From NCBI GenBank assembly GCA_025594325.1, contig JANHCV010000016.1:1-64000 (forward strand): 64,000 nucleotides of DNA, in the 5' to 3' direction. The notes under the pieces are model-generated. The model was given only the letters and a program-made list of their open reading frames with translations, searched no databases and was not told the origin of the DNA. Shown in pieces: positions 23,595 through 35,094 of this stretch. The first letter of the stretch is position 1, and every line of letters begins with the position of its first letter. Source of the stretch: Blastocladiella emersonii ATCC 22665 (taxonomy: Eukaryota > Fungi > Blastocladiomycota). The translations under genes and the position numbers were made by a program.

Positions 23595-24564
23595 CTCGGA
23601 TCCGCTCGCGCTCGCGTTCTCGCGCTCTCACCGCTCACCAAGACGCGCGCATGCTATTCCCGAGAAATACGCAAGAGCAACGGAAAAACCGGCAGGCGCA
23701 GCGTTGAACGACGCGTCGCTATACGTGGCGACGGCATCGTCAAACCGCCGGCCGCTACGCCGCGACACGTTTCAAAGCGTCTTCGCTGCGTTGCCGTCGC
23801 GCTCTCACCGCTCCCCGCACTCCTCGCACTTCAGACGCATATCAACCGTTCGTGGGAGATCGCTCACGCGTTGGGGGTAGGCAGGCAGGTCGGATTGCAG
23901 CGGCCGGCGGTTCGTGCGTGTGTCGTAAATTCGGAGCGGGTGCGCTTTTGCCGCGGCTACGAAGTCCTCTTGTCGTGGGACGCTCGGTAGAGGCACATGA
24001 ACGTGTGAATGGTTGAGTGCAAGTGGCCGCGAAAAGTGTCCCGCGCCAGTTGTCTCGCGGCCTGGGTCGCGTTGCGCCACACCCCACGTGATTGTTTGAC
24101 GCGTCCTTTGGCGATCCACGGGCGCTCGGTTGCCACTGAGGGGAACCGAGCAGGGCCGTGTAACAGCGGATTTGTGCACTGTAATCACCTCGGTGCGCGT
24201 GTTGAGTCGGCAAGCCGGTTCACGCGCGATGCAGAGATATTCGAATGGCGTGCTCCCTCTGCGCCGCGAGAAGTTGCTCGGACGTTGGTCAGGTTCGCAC
24301 TACAAAGCTCTTGCCTCTACGTTTTTATTCGGTGAAGCTGCCTCAAAGGCGGGTGTAAAGGCGATGACAGGGGAGTTCTGCCGGTCCTTTGTCAGCGCGT
24401 GCGCTCAAAGAGGGCCCCGATCGCGATCACACGGGGCAGCGGAAACCGTTTGCTCGCGCTCAGATTTCGATCGGCGGGACTTCGCCCTCGCAGAACCCCT
24501 GCCCTCAGCAGCGCGCTCCTCCTTTTCTCTCTCTCCACGCCCTCCATCACCACAACCGATTGCA

Positions 24565-26467
24565 ATGAATACAGCAAGCGAGTATCTCGCCGTCGCATCC
24601 AGCGCGGTCGCGCCGCTCAAGGCGCAGGCGGCCGATCTGCTCGGCCCGCTCGTCAACATCCTCGGCCCGCGCAAGTCTGTGCTCCTGGTCGCGCTCTCGA
24701 CGGTCGCCGTCCTCTGCGCGCGGTTCTGGTATCACAGCATCCGCGTGCCGCCGAGCCTGCGTCATGTGCCGCGGCTCACCGTGTGGCAGACGATCCGCGT
24801 CATGACGTCGGGCGCGGGCTTCCTCGACTCGGTCGACCAGCAGCTGCGCATCGTGCGCACCGACGCGCTCAAGCGCGGCGTCATCCAGCACGCGAGCGAG
24901 ACGCCCAAGATCTGGCTGATCTGGTTGTATGTGTACTTGACGCGTTCTCTGTCTTTGACGCGGCCTCACGTTCGTTCGATCCATCCGTAGCCTCGGCAGC
25001 TGGGCCGTCGTGATTGCCAACCCGGCCGACATCAAGTCGCTGCTGCTCGGCCACGAGGTGTTTGACAAGTTCGAGATGACGCGCATGGGCCTGCAGGCGA
25101 CCGCCGACTTCATGGGCACGAACCTCGCGCTCGCCAATGTACGCGCGCTGGTGCTGCTACTCTCCTCGTGCACTTCACTGACGATCTCTCTCATGGTAGA
25201 CGGCCGGGTGGAAGCGCCAGCGCAAGGTTGTGAGCCCCATCTTCCGCCGCAGCTGGGCCACGTCGCTGTTCAGCGAGCCGACGCGCATCCTGCTCGGCAA
25301 GTTCGACGCGATCGCGGATGCCAAGGACGCGACCGTCGACGTGCCCGAGTGGATGATGCGCATCACGCTCGACGCGCTGTGCTCGTCTGCGTTCGGGACC
25401 AACATCGACTCGCTCAACCACCCCGACTCGCCCATTGTGCGCTCGTACATTGCCGCCATGGAGGGCATGTTCAACCCCAAGTTCACGATCCTCGCGCCCG
25501 TCGCGTGGGTCATGCCCGAGTACTGGGCCTACAAGCGCGCCGTTGACGAGTTCAACCGCTACGTGTACCAGATGATTGACGCCAAGGCCGACGAGATTGC
25601 CAAGCGCGCCGGCAGCATCAGCAGCAATGCGGGCGACGACAGCGACGAGAACAACGTCAAGGACCTGCTCGAGACCATGATCATCGCGGGCCAGTCGGGC
25701 GGCTTCTCGCGCGAGGACCTGCGCGCCAACACGGTCGCCTTCTTTGTCGCGGTACGCTCGTTCGTCGCTCTCGTTTCACGAGCTGCGAATACTGACGCTG
25801 CGCTCGCGAATGTGCACAGGGTCACGACACGACGGCCAACGCGCTCACGTTCGCGCTGTACCTGCTCGGGATGCACCCCGAGATCCAGCGCAAGGCGCGC
25901 GCTGAGGTGCTCGCCGTCATGGGCGACGTGGAACAGGGCACGCCCGCCGAGGACTTCCCGTACCCGACCAACGACGAGCAGCAACGGATGTCGTACGTGA
26001 CCTACGTGATCAAGGAGACGATGCGGTTGTACCCGAGCGTGGGCAACCTCCCGCCACGCATCTTGACCAGCCCCGCGATCCTATCCGATGGGTCGCGCGT
26101 TCCCGCGGGCACCATCGTGAGTGGCAACACGATCGCGATCCACCGCGACTGCGCGCAGTGGGGCGACGACGCGGACGAGTTCAAGCCCGAGCGGTGGGCC
26201 GACCTCGGGGTGGGCGCTGACGGCGCGATCCCGATGCACCCGAGTGCGCACGACTTCAAGTGGGTCCCGTTCGGCGGCGGGCAGCGCATCTGCCCTGGCC
26301 AGTCGTTTTCGATCATCGAGCAGCGCGTGGTCCTGTCGATGCTGCTGCTGCGCTACGAGTGGACGGTCGCCGGGAACAAGGCCGCGCTCGCGGGCAGGCC
26401 CGGGTCGGTGCCTGGCGTGATGCTGCGCGCCAAGGGGATCGAGCTCGCGCTCAAGCGGCGCAACTGA
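24565..26467 (+). CDS. Cytochrome P450 (CYP-A), 4 exons
   Basis: N-terminal membrane anchor, I-helix FFVA|GHDTTAN, ETMR, PERW, heme motif PFGGGQRICPG. Confidence 0.93.
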
Positions 26468-26712
26468 TTTGTGCGTTCGCTCGTAGTAACGGCGCAGATA
26501 TATATACGCATAGTTCATCCCTTGTTTGGCATACACAGTGGCAGCACTCCTGGTTGGAGTAGCTCCGCCGTCACGGCGGGCTGCTCCTGACGCGTCGATC
26601 ATCTCCACGTGGCGTCATTCTCCGCGTGGCGATCCGCCCGAGCTGACCAACGAGCTGAGCAACGCGCGCTCACGGCGCTCTCTCTATCAAGGCTGTCCAG
26701 CAAACTACCGCA

Positions 26713-28607
26713 ATGACAAGCACCATCAATGTACTCGATGCAATGAGCAAGGCCATCGCGCCTCTTCGCGTCGAAACGCGCCTCGCCCCGCTCGCGCGAC
26801 TCGTCAAGGCACTCGGCCCGCGCAAATCGGTGCTCCTCGCTGCCCTCGCGACGGCGGCCATGCTCGCGGCGCGCGTGTGGTGGAAGGTGGTCCGCGTCCC
26901 GCCGCACCTCCGCCATCTGCCGCGCGTGTCCTTCTTGCAGACCGTCCGGCTCCTGCTCTCGGGCGAGGGCTTCCTCACCTCGCGGCCCGCCTTCCTCAAG
27001 CTGCTGTGCGAGGACGCGCTCCGCCGCGGCGCCATCACGTCGCCCGCACAGACTCCGCGCGTCTGGCTCGAGTGGATGTACGTGCCCGCAGCGATTAATC
27101 CCGTGTCGCCGCCACTCACGCCGTCGCAACGCATACTGCAGGTTCGGCTTCTGGACCGTCGTCGTGGCCAACCCCGAAGACGCGAAGCTCATGCTCAACG
27201 CGCACGAGCAGTTTGAGAAGATGGACACGTCGAAGCGACGCAACGCCGTGCTCCGCGCCTTTCTGGGCAAGAACATTGTGTCGACTCGGGTACGTTACTT
27301 TGACAACTCTTGCGAGCCTATCGCTCACCTGTTTCGCTGATGAGGTAGACACCAGAGTGGAAGCAGCAGCGCAAGGTCATCAACCCGGCGTTCCGCCGCG
27401 GCTGGGCCACCTCTGTGTTCGGCACGCCCGCGCGCTCGCTCCTCGCGCAGCTCGACCAGCTCGAGACCAAGGCTGAGGCCGTCGACGTCTCGGACTGGAC
27501 GCGACGCGTCACGCTCGACGCGCTGTCCCAGGCCGCGTTTGGCACCAACTTCAACTCGATTGAGCAGCCCGATGCGCCCATGGTGAGGACCTACCACGCC
27601 GTCATGTCGAGCCTCATGGACCCTACCTTTTTCCTGCTCGGCCCCTTCAGCGTCCTCTTGCCGAAATACCACCGCTTCGCCCGCACGGTCGACGACTTCA
27701 ACGCGTTCATATACGCCCTGATCGACGCCAAGGCCGCCAAAATGGCCGAGCGCCGCGAGGGCACGGCCGTCGCCGAGGCGCCCGAGGACGACGCCAAGGA
27801 CCTGCTCGAGCTCATGATCGCGGCCAGCGAATCCGGGGCCGGCGGGTTCACGCGCGATGAGCTGCGCACTAACACGATCGTGTTCTTCATCGCGGCACGT
27901 GTTTCCCTGTACGACGGGGATTCTCCACCATGTAACTGACGGAACTGACTCGCTCGCTGTAGGGCCACGATACGACGGCCAACACGCTCGCGTTCGCGCT
28001 CTACTCGCTCGGCATGCACCCGGAAATCCAGCGCAAGGCGCGCGCCGAGATTCTCAACAACATGGTCGACGCGAGCGAGGGCACCGCGGCGCGCGATTTC
28101 CCGGTTCCGACCAACAACGAGCAAAATCTGGCGTACCTCACGGCCGTCATCAAGGAGACCATGCGCCTGTACCCGAGCGTGCCCGCCATTGGCATGCGCG
28201 AGCTAGTCGCGCCTTCCTCTCTTTCTGGCGGTCTCCGCCTGCCCGTGGACACCATGGTCGCGCTGGACGTGCACGCGCTGCAGACGGCGCGCGAGTACTG
28301 GGGCCACGACGCGGTGCAGTTCAAGCCCGAGCGCTGGCTTGATTCTGACGCCAAGGAGAAGGTCATGGTCATGAACCCAAGCGCGCACGACTTCAAGTGG
28401 ATCCCGTTCGGCGGCGGGCAGCGCATCTGCCTCGGCCAGCAGTTCTCGATCATCGAGCAGCGCGTCATCCTGTCCATGCTCCTCCTGCGCTACGAGTGGA
28501 CCGTCGTCGGCGACAAGGCCGCGCTCGCCGGCTGCCCCAACTCGTCTCCCAGCAGCGGGTTTCTGCAGGCCAAGGACGTTCGGATCAAGCTGACCCGTCG
28601 CAACTGA
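26713..28607 (+). CDS. Cytochrome P450 (CYP-B), 4 exons; third intron needs a GC donor
   Basis: FFIA|GHDTTAN, ETMR, PERW, PFGGGQRICLG; intron 27895-27962 begins GCACGT. Confidence 0.88.
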
Positions 28608-29737
28608 TCATTCCGTTTGACAGCAGGAACAATGTACCATTCTCGTTCTACTGCTTGTTTTCGACTTTCCCGACTCAATTGTCGATGGATGTGGCACGCG
28701 GCAAACAATCACCGTTTCATGCGGTGCAACGCGACTTTGATTGTGGGTGGGATGGTTGTTGAGACACCGAGCCCAGGCCCCTCGGAATTGGCTGCCTTCC
28801 ATGCGAATACGCGGGTACGCCGTTGGACGAACCCAAACCACCGTCATACATTATTCGTAGTTGTGCCGGTATTCAAGCGAACCTGAATCTGTTCGGTCGC
28901 GTGCCAGCAAGGATCAAACCTTGCGGATGAAATGCGTCGCCTCGCGCATAGTTATATCGCAGAATATCAGTTGTCTTACTATTTCTAACACCTCCGGTTT
29001 CTCTTAGAATCACCCAGAATGGATCAATGCTCAGCTATCTGCCCAGGTGAGCGGTGATGGGCGAGTCTCGGGGCAAAGGAACGCGCGCGGCGTCACGATC
29101 AACGTTTGCATCAGAAGCGAAAGCCTACGAGAATAATCAAGTGGGTTCCGATTAGTACAAGCACGCTGTTACACGGCCCTGCTAGGTTCCCCTCAGTGGC
29201 AACCGAGCGCCCGTGGATCGCCAAAGGACGCGTCAAACAATCACGTGGGGTGTGGCGCAACGCGACCCAGGCCGCGAGACAACTGGCGCGGGACACTTTT
29301 CGCGGCCACTTGCACTCAACCATTCACACGTTCATGTGCCTCTACCGAGCGTCCCACGACAAGAGGACTTCGTAGCCGCGGCAAAAGCGCACCCGCTCCG
29401 AATTTACGACACACGCACGAACCGCCGGCCGCTGCAATCCGACCTGCCTGCCTACCCCCAACGCGTGAGCGATCTCCCACGAACGGTTGATATGCGTCTG
29501 AAGTGCGAGGAGTGCGGGGAGCGGTGAGAGCGCGACGGCAACGCAGCGAAGACGCTTTGAAACGTGTCGCGGCGTAGCGGCCGGCGGTTTGACGATGCCG
29601 TCGCCACGTATAGCGACGCGTCGTTCAACGCTGCGCCTGCCGGTTTTTCCGTTGCTCTTGCGTATTTCTCGGGAATAGCATGCGCGCGTCTTGGTGAGCG
29701 GTGAGAGCGCGAGAACGCGAGCGCGAGCGGATCCGAG

Positions 29738-29743
29738 TATAAA
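29738..29743 (+). promoter_or_regulatory. TATA box of QS-repeat gene copy 2
   Basis: TATAAA about 90 nt upstream of ATG 29834. Confidence 0.7.
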
Positions 29744-29833
29744 GAGGGACAGCCCCCTCGGCCCCACTTCGAGTTGAGAAGATCACCCACCACTCACACT
29801 CGAGCCGTCGCACCGACCCACCAACACACCAAG

Positions 29834-30631
29834 ATGACCTTCTGCGCCCCGATCCACGTCCCCGCCGTCCAGCAGCAGTCGCAGTCGCAGTCGCAGACCC
29901 AGTGGGGCAGCGGCCACGGCGCCCAGTCGCAGTCGCAGAGCCAGTCGCAGTGGTCGCACGGTGGCGATGCCGCGCAGTCGCAGTCGCAGAGCCAGTTCCA
30001 GGGCAACTGGGGCAACCACTGCTCCGTCGACCAGGCCCAGTCGCAGTCGCAGATGCAGTTCGGCCACGGCAGCACGAGCGCTCAGCAGCAGTCGCAGTCG
30101 CAGGCCCAGTGGGGCAACGGCGGCCACGGCGCTCAGTCGCAGTCGCAGTCGCAGTCGCAGTGGTCGCATGGTGACGCCGCCCAGTCGCAGTCGCAGTCGC
30201 AGTCGCAGTTCCAGGGCAGCAACGACTGGAGCAGCTGGGGCAACCACTGCTCGGTCGACCAGTCGCAGGCGCAGCAGCAGTCGCAGTGGGGTGCCGGCCA
30301 CGGCGGCGCCGCTCAGCAGCAGTCGCAGTCGCAGTCGCAGACCCAGTGGGGCGGCGACCACGGCTCGGCCGTGCAGCACCAGTCGCAGTCGCAGGGCCAG
30401 TGGTCGACCGGCCACGGCGACGCGTTCCAGTCGCAGTCGCAGACGCAGTCGCAGTCGCAGTTCCAGGGCCACCACTCGGCCGACGGTTTCGTCGGCGGCA
30501 ACCCGGCCACCTGGGGTCCCTCGGGCGACTGCGGCAACGGCGGCGACTTCCACATCATGCCCATCAACAACCACGGCGACTGCGGCAGCGACGTTGTCAC
30601 GATCCTGCCCATCAACAACGGCTGCTGCTAA
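29834..30631 (+). CDS. (Gln-Ser)n repeat protein, copy 2 (265 aa)
   Basis: Same translation as 22701-23498; TAA at 30629-30631. Confidence 0.85.
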   Translation: MTFCAPIHVPAVQQQSQSQSQTQWGSGHGAQSQSQSQSQWSHGGDAAQSQSQSQFQGNWGNHCSVDQAQSQSQMQFGHGSTSAQQQSQSQAQWGNGGHGAQSQSQSQSQWSHGDAAQSQSQSQSQFQGSNDWSSWGNHCSVDQSQAQQQSQWGAGHGGAAQQQSQSQSQTQWGGDHGSAVQHQSQSQGQWSTGHGDAFQSQSQTQSQSQFQGHHSADGFVGGNPATWGPSGDCGNGGDFHIMPINNHGDCGSDVVTILPINNGCC

Positions 30632-31564
30632 ACACCTTTGCCCAGCGTGTTCGGCTTCGGCATTCCGCGCCCGCGCGCGCAGCTCGATCCTGAACCTGTA
30701 ATGTTTTCTCTCCCTCATATGTAATCGCACAATAGCATTCTCCCTAGTCACTTATTCATCTCTTGACTCGCCTCACCTCCCTCCTCAGTTGAGATCATCC
30801 AAAACTCAGTAAGCTGTTTAGTTAGTTGCAGGATGGGGAATAGGAGCCGGGGCTCGAGCGGAGGAGAGCTAGCATCACAGCGAGGATCAGAACGGAGCGG
30901 CTGCGAGGCGACCCGACGTGTCGCTTCTCACGGCTCGGTGAACCAGCGCACGCGCTCAAGCGACCGATCGAATACACACGGTTTGCCTGTAAGACTTACA
31001 GGTAAGTGAGAAGTTCAGATGATTGACGGCGGGGGGAGAATCAGGACTGGCAGTTGCAAACGGGGCGACGATCAATGCTCGGATCAGATGCGTTTGCTAC
31101 GACGCGACGCGCCAGTTCTTCCGCTTGTCGCGACGCAGTAGACATAAAAACGCCCAAGAACAGCAAATGAGTGCGGTCTTCGATCAGGTAGCACGCTGGC
31201 AGCCAATCCACTCGAAGTTGGAGCCAGGAGGCGAAGGAAGAGCGCTGCGTGAGGCCGCGCCACTCACGCTGCTAGTCAAACCGTGCCCGCGGGCAGCGAT
31301 ACATCCTCCATCTTCTTCCCGCCCGCTTCGGCACACGCACATGTGCTCGGGGTCGTCCCGCGCTTCTTCACCGTTTCACACGACAGGGCAGAGTAGAGCG
31401 AGTAGAGTGCGCCTTCGCTCAGCGCGGGTGTGGTCGGTGAATGAGGTCGACGTGGGTCTGTGACGTGACAGCTCAACCTCCTTGGTCTCTCTGCGCCTTC
31501 CTTGCGCCGACGTCAATGGCAAACGAGGCTCGTTGAGCAGGTTGAGCAGGTGCAAAAGCTAAAA

Positions 31565-31636
31565 TGGAGCAGCAGGGGTTTGAACCCTGGGCCTTCTGCA
31601 TGCAAAGCAGACGCTCTACCACTGAGCTACAGCCCC
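31565..31636 (-). tRNA. tRNA-Ala (TGC), second copy
   Basis: Mirror copy of 21696-21767. Confidence 0.93.
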
Positions 31637-32917
31637 ATCACTTTACTGTGGTGGTCGTCACAGCGGCCTGAGTCATAATATACCGTTGGGCAGTGTCGTC
31701 TTCCGGGCGACGACGTGCCGGCGTTTCACTCCTCGCCCGCCCTCTCGCACGCGCTCCGTGTCGGTCGCGCCGCCGCCATTGCCACGGCCGACAATCAGCT
31801 CGAGCTACTCAGTTGTTCAAGCTCGTGACGATGCTCTTTCAGAGGGGGGGTCCAGCCGTTTAATCCCACTGATACATAGCACAGCCCTCGCGAGGACGAG
31901 GTCGAGGCATACTCGCGTCGTGTCCGTGTCACTTTGTGGCCACGATGACGGCCACCGCCGCGGTCGTGAACCGCCGGAGCCACGACGATGACTTGCACGC
32001 TTCAAGCGGTTCCAGCGCAACCGACGGATCGTGCTGGTGTATAAGAGAGCCGCCTGCGCGACGGCCACCGCGGCAATCTCCTCGGTTTCGTGGTCGTTGT
32101 CAATGGCCGCGATGATCTGTTCCTCACGTCTGGCCCCGCACCGCAAGAAGCGACGGTCTACGTATCGACACAAGGCTGGACCAACCCGTGCTTGACGACA
32201 AGAGTGGTCGCGTCGCGTCACGTCCTCTCACGCGCTCAATCGGACCTCACCAGTGCGCGTCGTGTTGTTGGAGTCTCCGACATACGCCTCGCTCGCGGCT
32301 GCAGAACGTTGGCCGAGAGGGGAGAGGGTTCGCGCTAGCGCGTACGGACCGCGCAGGCATCCCTCGCGTCGAGCTTCCGCTATAGATCAGACTGGGCCAG
32401 ACGTAAAGTAGCAACGTAGGGTTATCGTAACCGCAACGAAAGATGTGCCAGAGCTCATATGGTGTCATCGGCCACTTTCCAGGCGCGCGCACAAAGCAAC
32501 TAAGGCATTTTCGCGTCATCTTTCCGAGTAAACCAGCTCAGCGCAGAGCACCACAGTAAAAGCCAGAGCGCGAGAAAAGTGACCCCGGAAAACTTTCGAC
32601 AGAGCAAGAGCGAGAGCGGGTCTCCGGGGAACCGGCGCGGTTTTGAGCTTCCGAAGCGAATTGGCGCGGTCAGCTGGGATCAGCTGACCAGTTGTCTCAC
32701 TGTCTCACACGCGCGCGGCGCGTCGCATCGACGCGTTTTTCGCGCCGACGCGAGGGTTTGGGGGGCAATGTCTCGCCACTGAATGAACGCGTCAATGGGG
32801 CGCGCGTTGGGATACAGCGCCCGCGACGCGTCCTCGCTCTCCTCGCGCACTCCACCTTTGCAACGGACCGAGCAGTACTCTTACGATATCAACCCGTCCA
32901 CCCGACGCACCACACCT

Positions 32918-34686
32918 ATGTCAGCCACCATCCCCCTCGCCGTGCCCGAGGGCAACGTGCGGCGGCTGCGCACGCTGTTCGAGGAGGTGGCGCAGCAGTC
33001 GCACCCGACGGCCGTGTCCGCGAGCCCCTCGACCGCCGATCTCAAGCTGCGCAAGCGGCACTCGATCCACGGCGGCGGCGGCGGGACCTCATCCGTCATG
33101 CAGAGCGCCTCGTCGTTCGTCCGTCGCAGCCTGCACCTCCCCGGTTCCGCCGGCGCGCGCGCCATGGGCAAGGTCGTGCCCGAGCACCTCGCGGGCGACC
33201 CGCCGCTCCAGCTCCCGCGCACACGCACGTCGTCGTCAGTCGACCACGCCGCGACGTCCCGCGCGAGTCTCGCGTCGATCAAGCACCACCACCGGTCCGT
33301 CGCGACGTCGCCGTCGTCGGACGACGATGGCGGCGCGGCGCTCGAGTACGCGATGAGCGCGCCGACGCAGCTGGGCGACGCCGAGTCCGCGCCGTCCCCT
33401 CCGACCGCGCTGCCCAAGTCGAGCAGCGCGCACGCGCTGCCCAAGTCGAGCAGCGCGCACGCGCTGCCCAAGTCGAGCAGCGCGCACGCGCTCGCTGCAC
33501 CTCCCGCCGCGTCCCTCAACCCCAAGTCGCCGCTGATCAGCCGCCTGCGCCACCTCGTGGTGCGCAAGCCGGTCGACGGGGCGCTGTCGCCGCTGACGAG
33601 CGAGTCCAAGGTCGTGTCGTCGTCCGAGAAGACGCTGGTCGACGAGACGGTTTCGGTGGCCGAGAAGCCGCTCAAGCTGCGGCGCAAGAAGCGCGTGGTG
33701 CCGCTGCCCGAGTCGCCGCGGTCGGGTAGCCCGACGGGCGACGGCGAGTCCGAGTGCGACGACAACGCGGGGCTCGTGGCGCCCGCGACGAGTCCCGCGC
33801 GCGCGATGCCGCCGCGGGCCAAGCCGGTGCCCGAGGACGAGTGTACGTATTCTCGCGATCCGCGTCCGTGGCCATGGACTGACTTCTTCCCCATCCAGTC
33901 AAGCCGCGCAAAACGCTGGGCCGCACCGTCCTCCGCGCCATGACGAACCTGATGGCGGGAGTCAAGAAAGACACGTCGTCAGTGTGGTTCCAGTACTCGT
34001 CGTCGGAGATCGCGGCGGTGATGACGGCGCTCGACGCGGCCGAGTGGATGGTCGTGCAGTGCGAGATGCGGCGCGACCTGAGCAAGTCGGCCGAGGCGCT
34101 GGCGCGCATGTCGTCGCGGTTCAACAAGGTGGTCGGCGTCGTCAAGGCCGACCTGCTCGGCCACGAGGAGGCCGCGGGCGCGGGCGCGGGCGACGAGATG
34201 CGGTCGGCGCTCGTCCAGAAGTTGATACGCGTCGGCGAGGTACGATCCACTCGTGGTGGCCACGCGGTGACCATGGCCATACTGACTTTCGCGACCGACG
34301 TGTAGAAACTGCTAGTGTACAACAACTACGCGTCGCTGCAAGCCATCGCGACCGCACTCCAGTTCGCGGACCTCGACTCGGTCGCGCTGGCGCGCCCCGA
34401 CCGCGAGTCCCTGCAGCACATATTCCGGCTGACGGACCACGCGCACAACTTCGAGGTGCTACGGTCGCGCATGGACTCGCTGGTGTGGGACCTGAACGGG
34501 CGCGGTATCCCGTTCGTGGTGCCGTACCTGCGCGACGCCGTGTACGTCAAGGAGGTGCAGGACCTGTTCGGCGCGGACCGCGCCGTCGTCCTGACCACGT
34601 ACATGGCCGCGCTGTCTGAGCTCAAGGTCCCGAGCCCCGGGTACCTCGCGGGGACCTCGCTGCTCGCGTTCCAGATGCTCGCGTAG
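32918..34686 (+). CDS. Protein with Ser-rich N-terminus and a divergent RasGEF (CDC25-like) C-terminal domain, 3 exons
   Basis: MRSALVQKLIRVGE|KLLVYNNYASLQAIATAL...NFEVLR...IPFVVPYLRDAVYVKE resembles the CDC25 pattern R..I.KFI.IA..L..LNNF.SL.AI.SAL..N...YR..IPFLG.YL.DL. Confidence 0.62.
33407..33492 (+). repeat. Perfect 27-bp coding tandem repeat, three copies (ALPKSSSAH)
   Basis: gcgctgcccaagtcgagcagcgcgcac at 33407, 33434 and 33461. Confidence 0.95.
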
Positions 34687-35094
34687 GCGATGCATGATGG
34701 TGATGATGTGTAGTATATAAAATAAACCGTTTTCGTCGTTACGTCGTTCGAGAGCGATGCGGGACGCGCGCGCGCGTGGCACTGCCGCGGCCGTTGACGA
34801 CCCGTGGGCTCGCTCGTTGGCGGAAGGTTCCCGTTACGTGGTGGAGAGGAGAGTTCTAGCGATTCGATCGAGGAGGGGAAGGGGAGGGCGGAAGGGTTGG
34901 TTACAAAAAGAGCAGTAGAGCAAGGATACAAGGGAGGGAAGGGAAAACGTTCAAGTCATGGGAGCGAAAGTCAGAGAGGGAACACGCAGGAAAGGAGAGA
35001 CAAGTATCATGTTGGACGAGCGACTGATGGCGAGCGACAAAGTCAGCGAGGGTTCCAAGCACGGCCACAAGCCAGAGAAAGCGTACCCAGCCCA

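Larger units (their letters stand above)
20712..24168. repeat. Left arm of a 3457-bp near-perfect inverted repeat
   Basis: Reverse complement of 29164-32620 (mirror coordinates sum to 53332); all mirrored ORFs in the track translate identically; the only mismatch I noticed is 24148/29184. Confidence 0.97.
29164..32620. repeat. Right arm of the 3457-bp inverted repeat
   Basis: Reverse complement of 20712-24168. Confidence 0.97.

Noticed and set aside
20712-32620. Autonomous DNA transposon (Mutator/foldback/Starship) call for the palindrome
   Set aside because: No transposase or tyrosine recombinase ORF, and the flanks (ccccgcgg / tctccggg) show no target-site duplication; kept as a repeat, not a mobile element.
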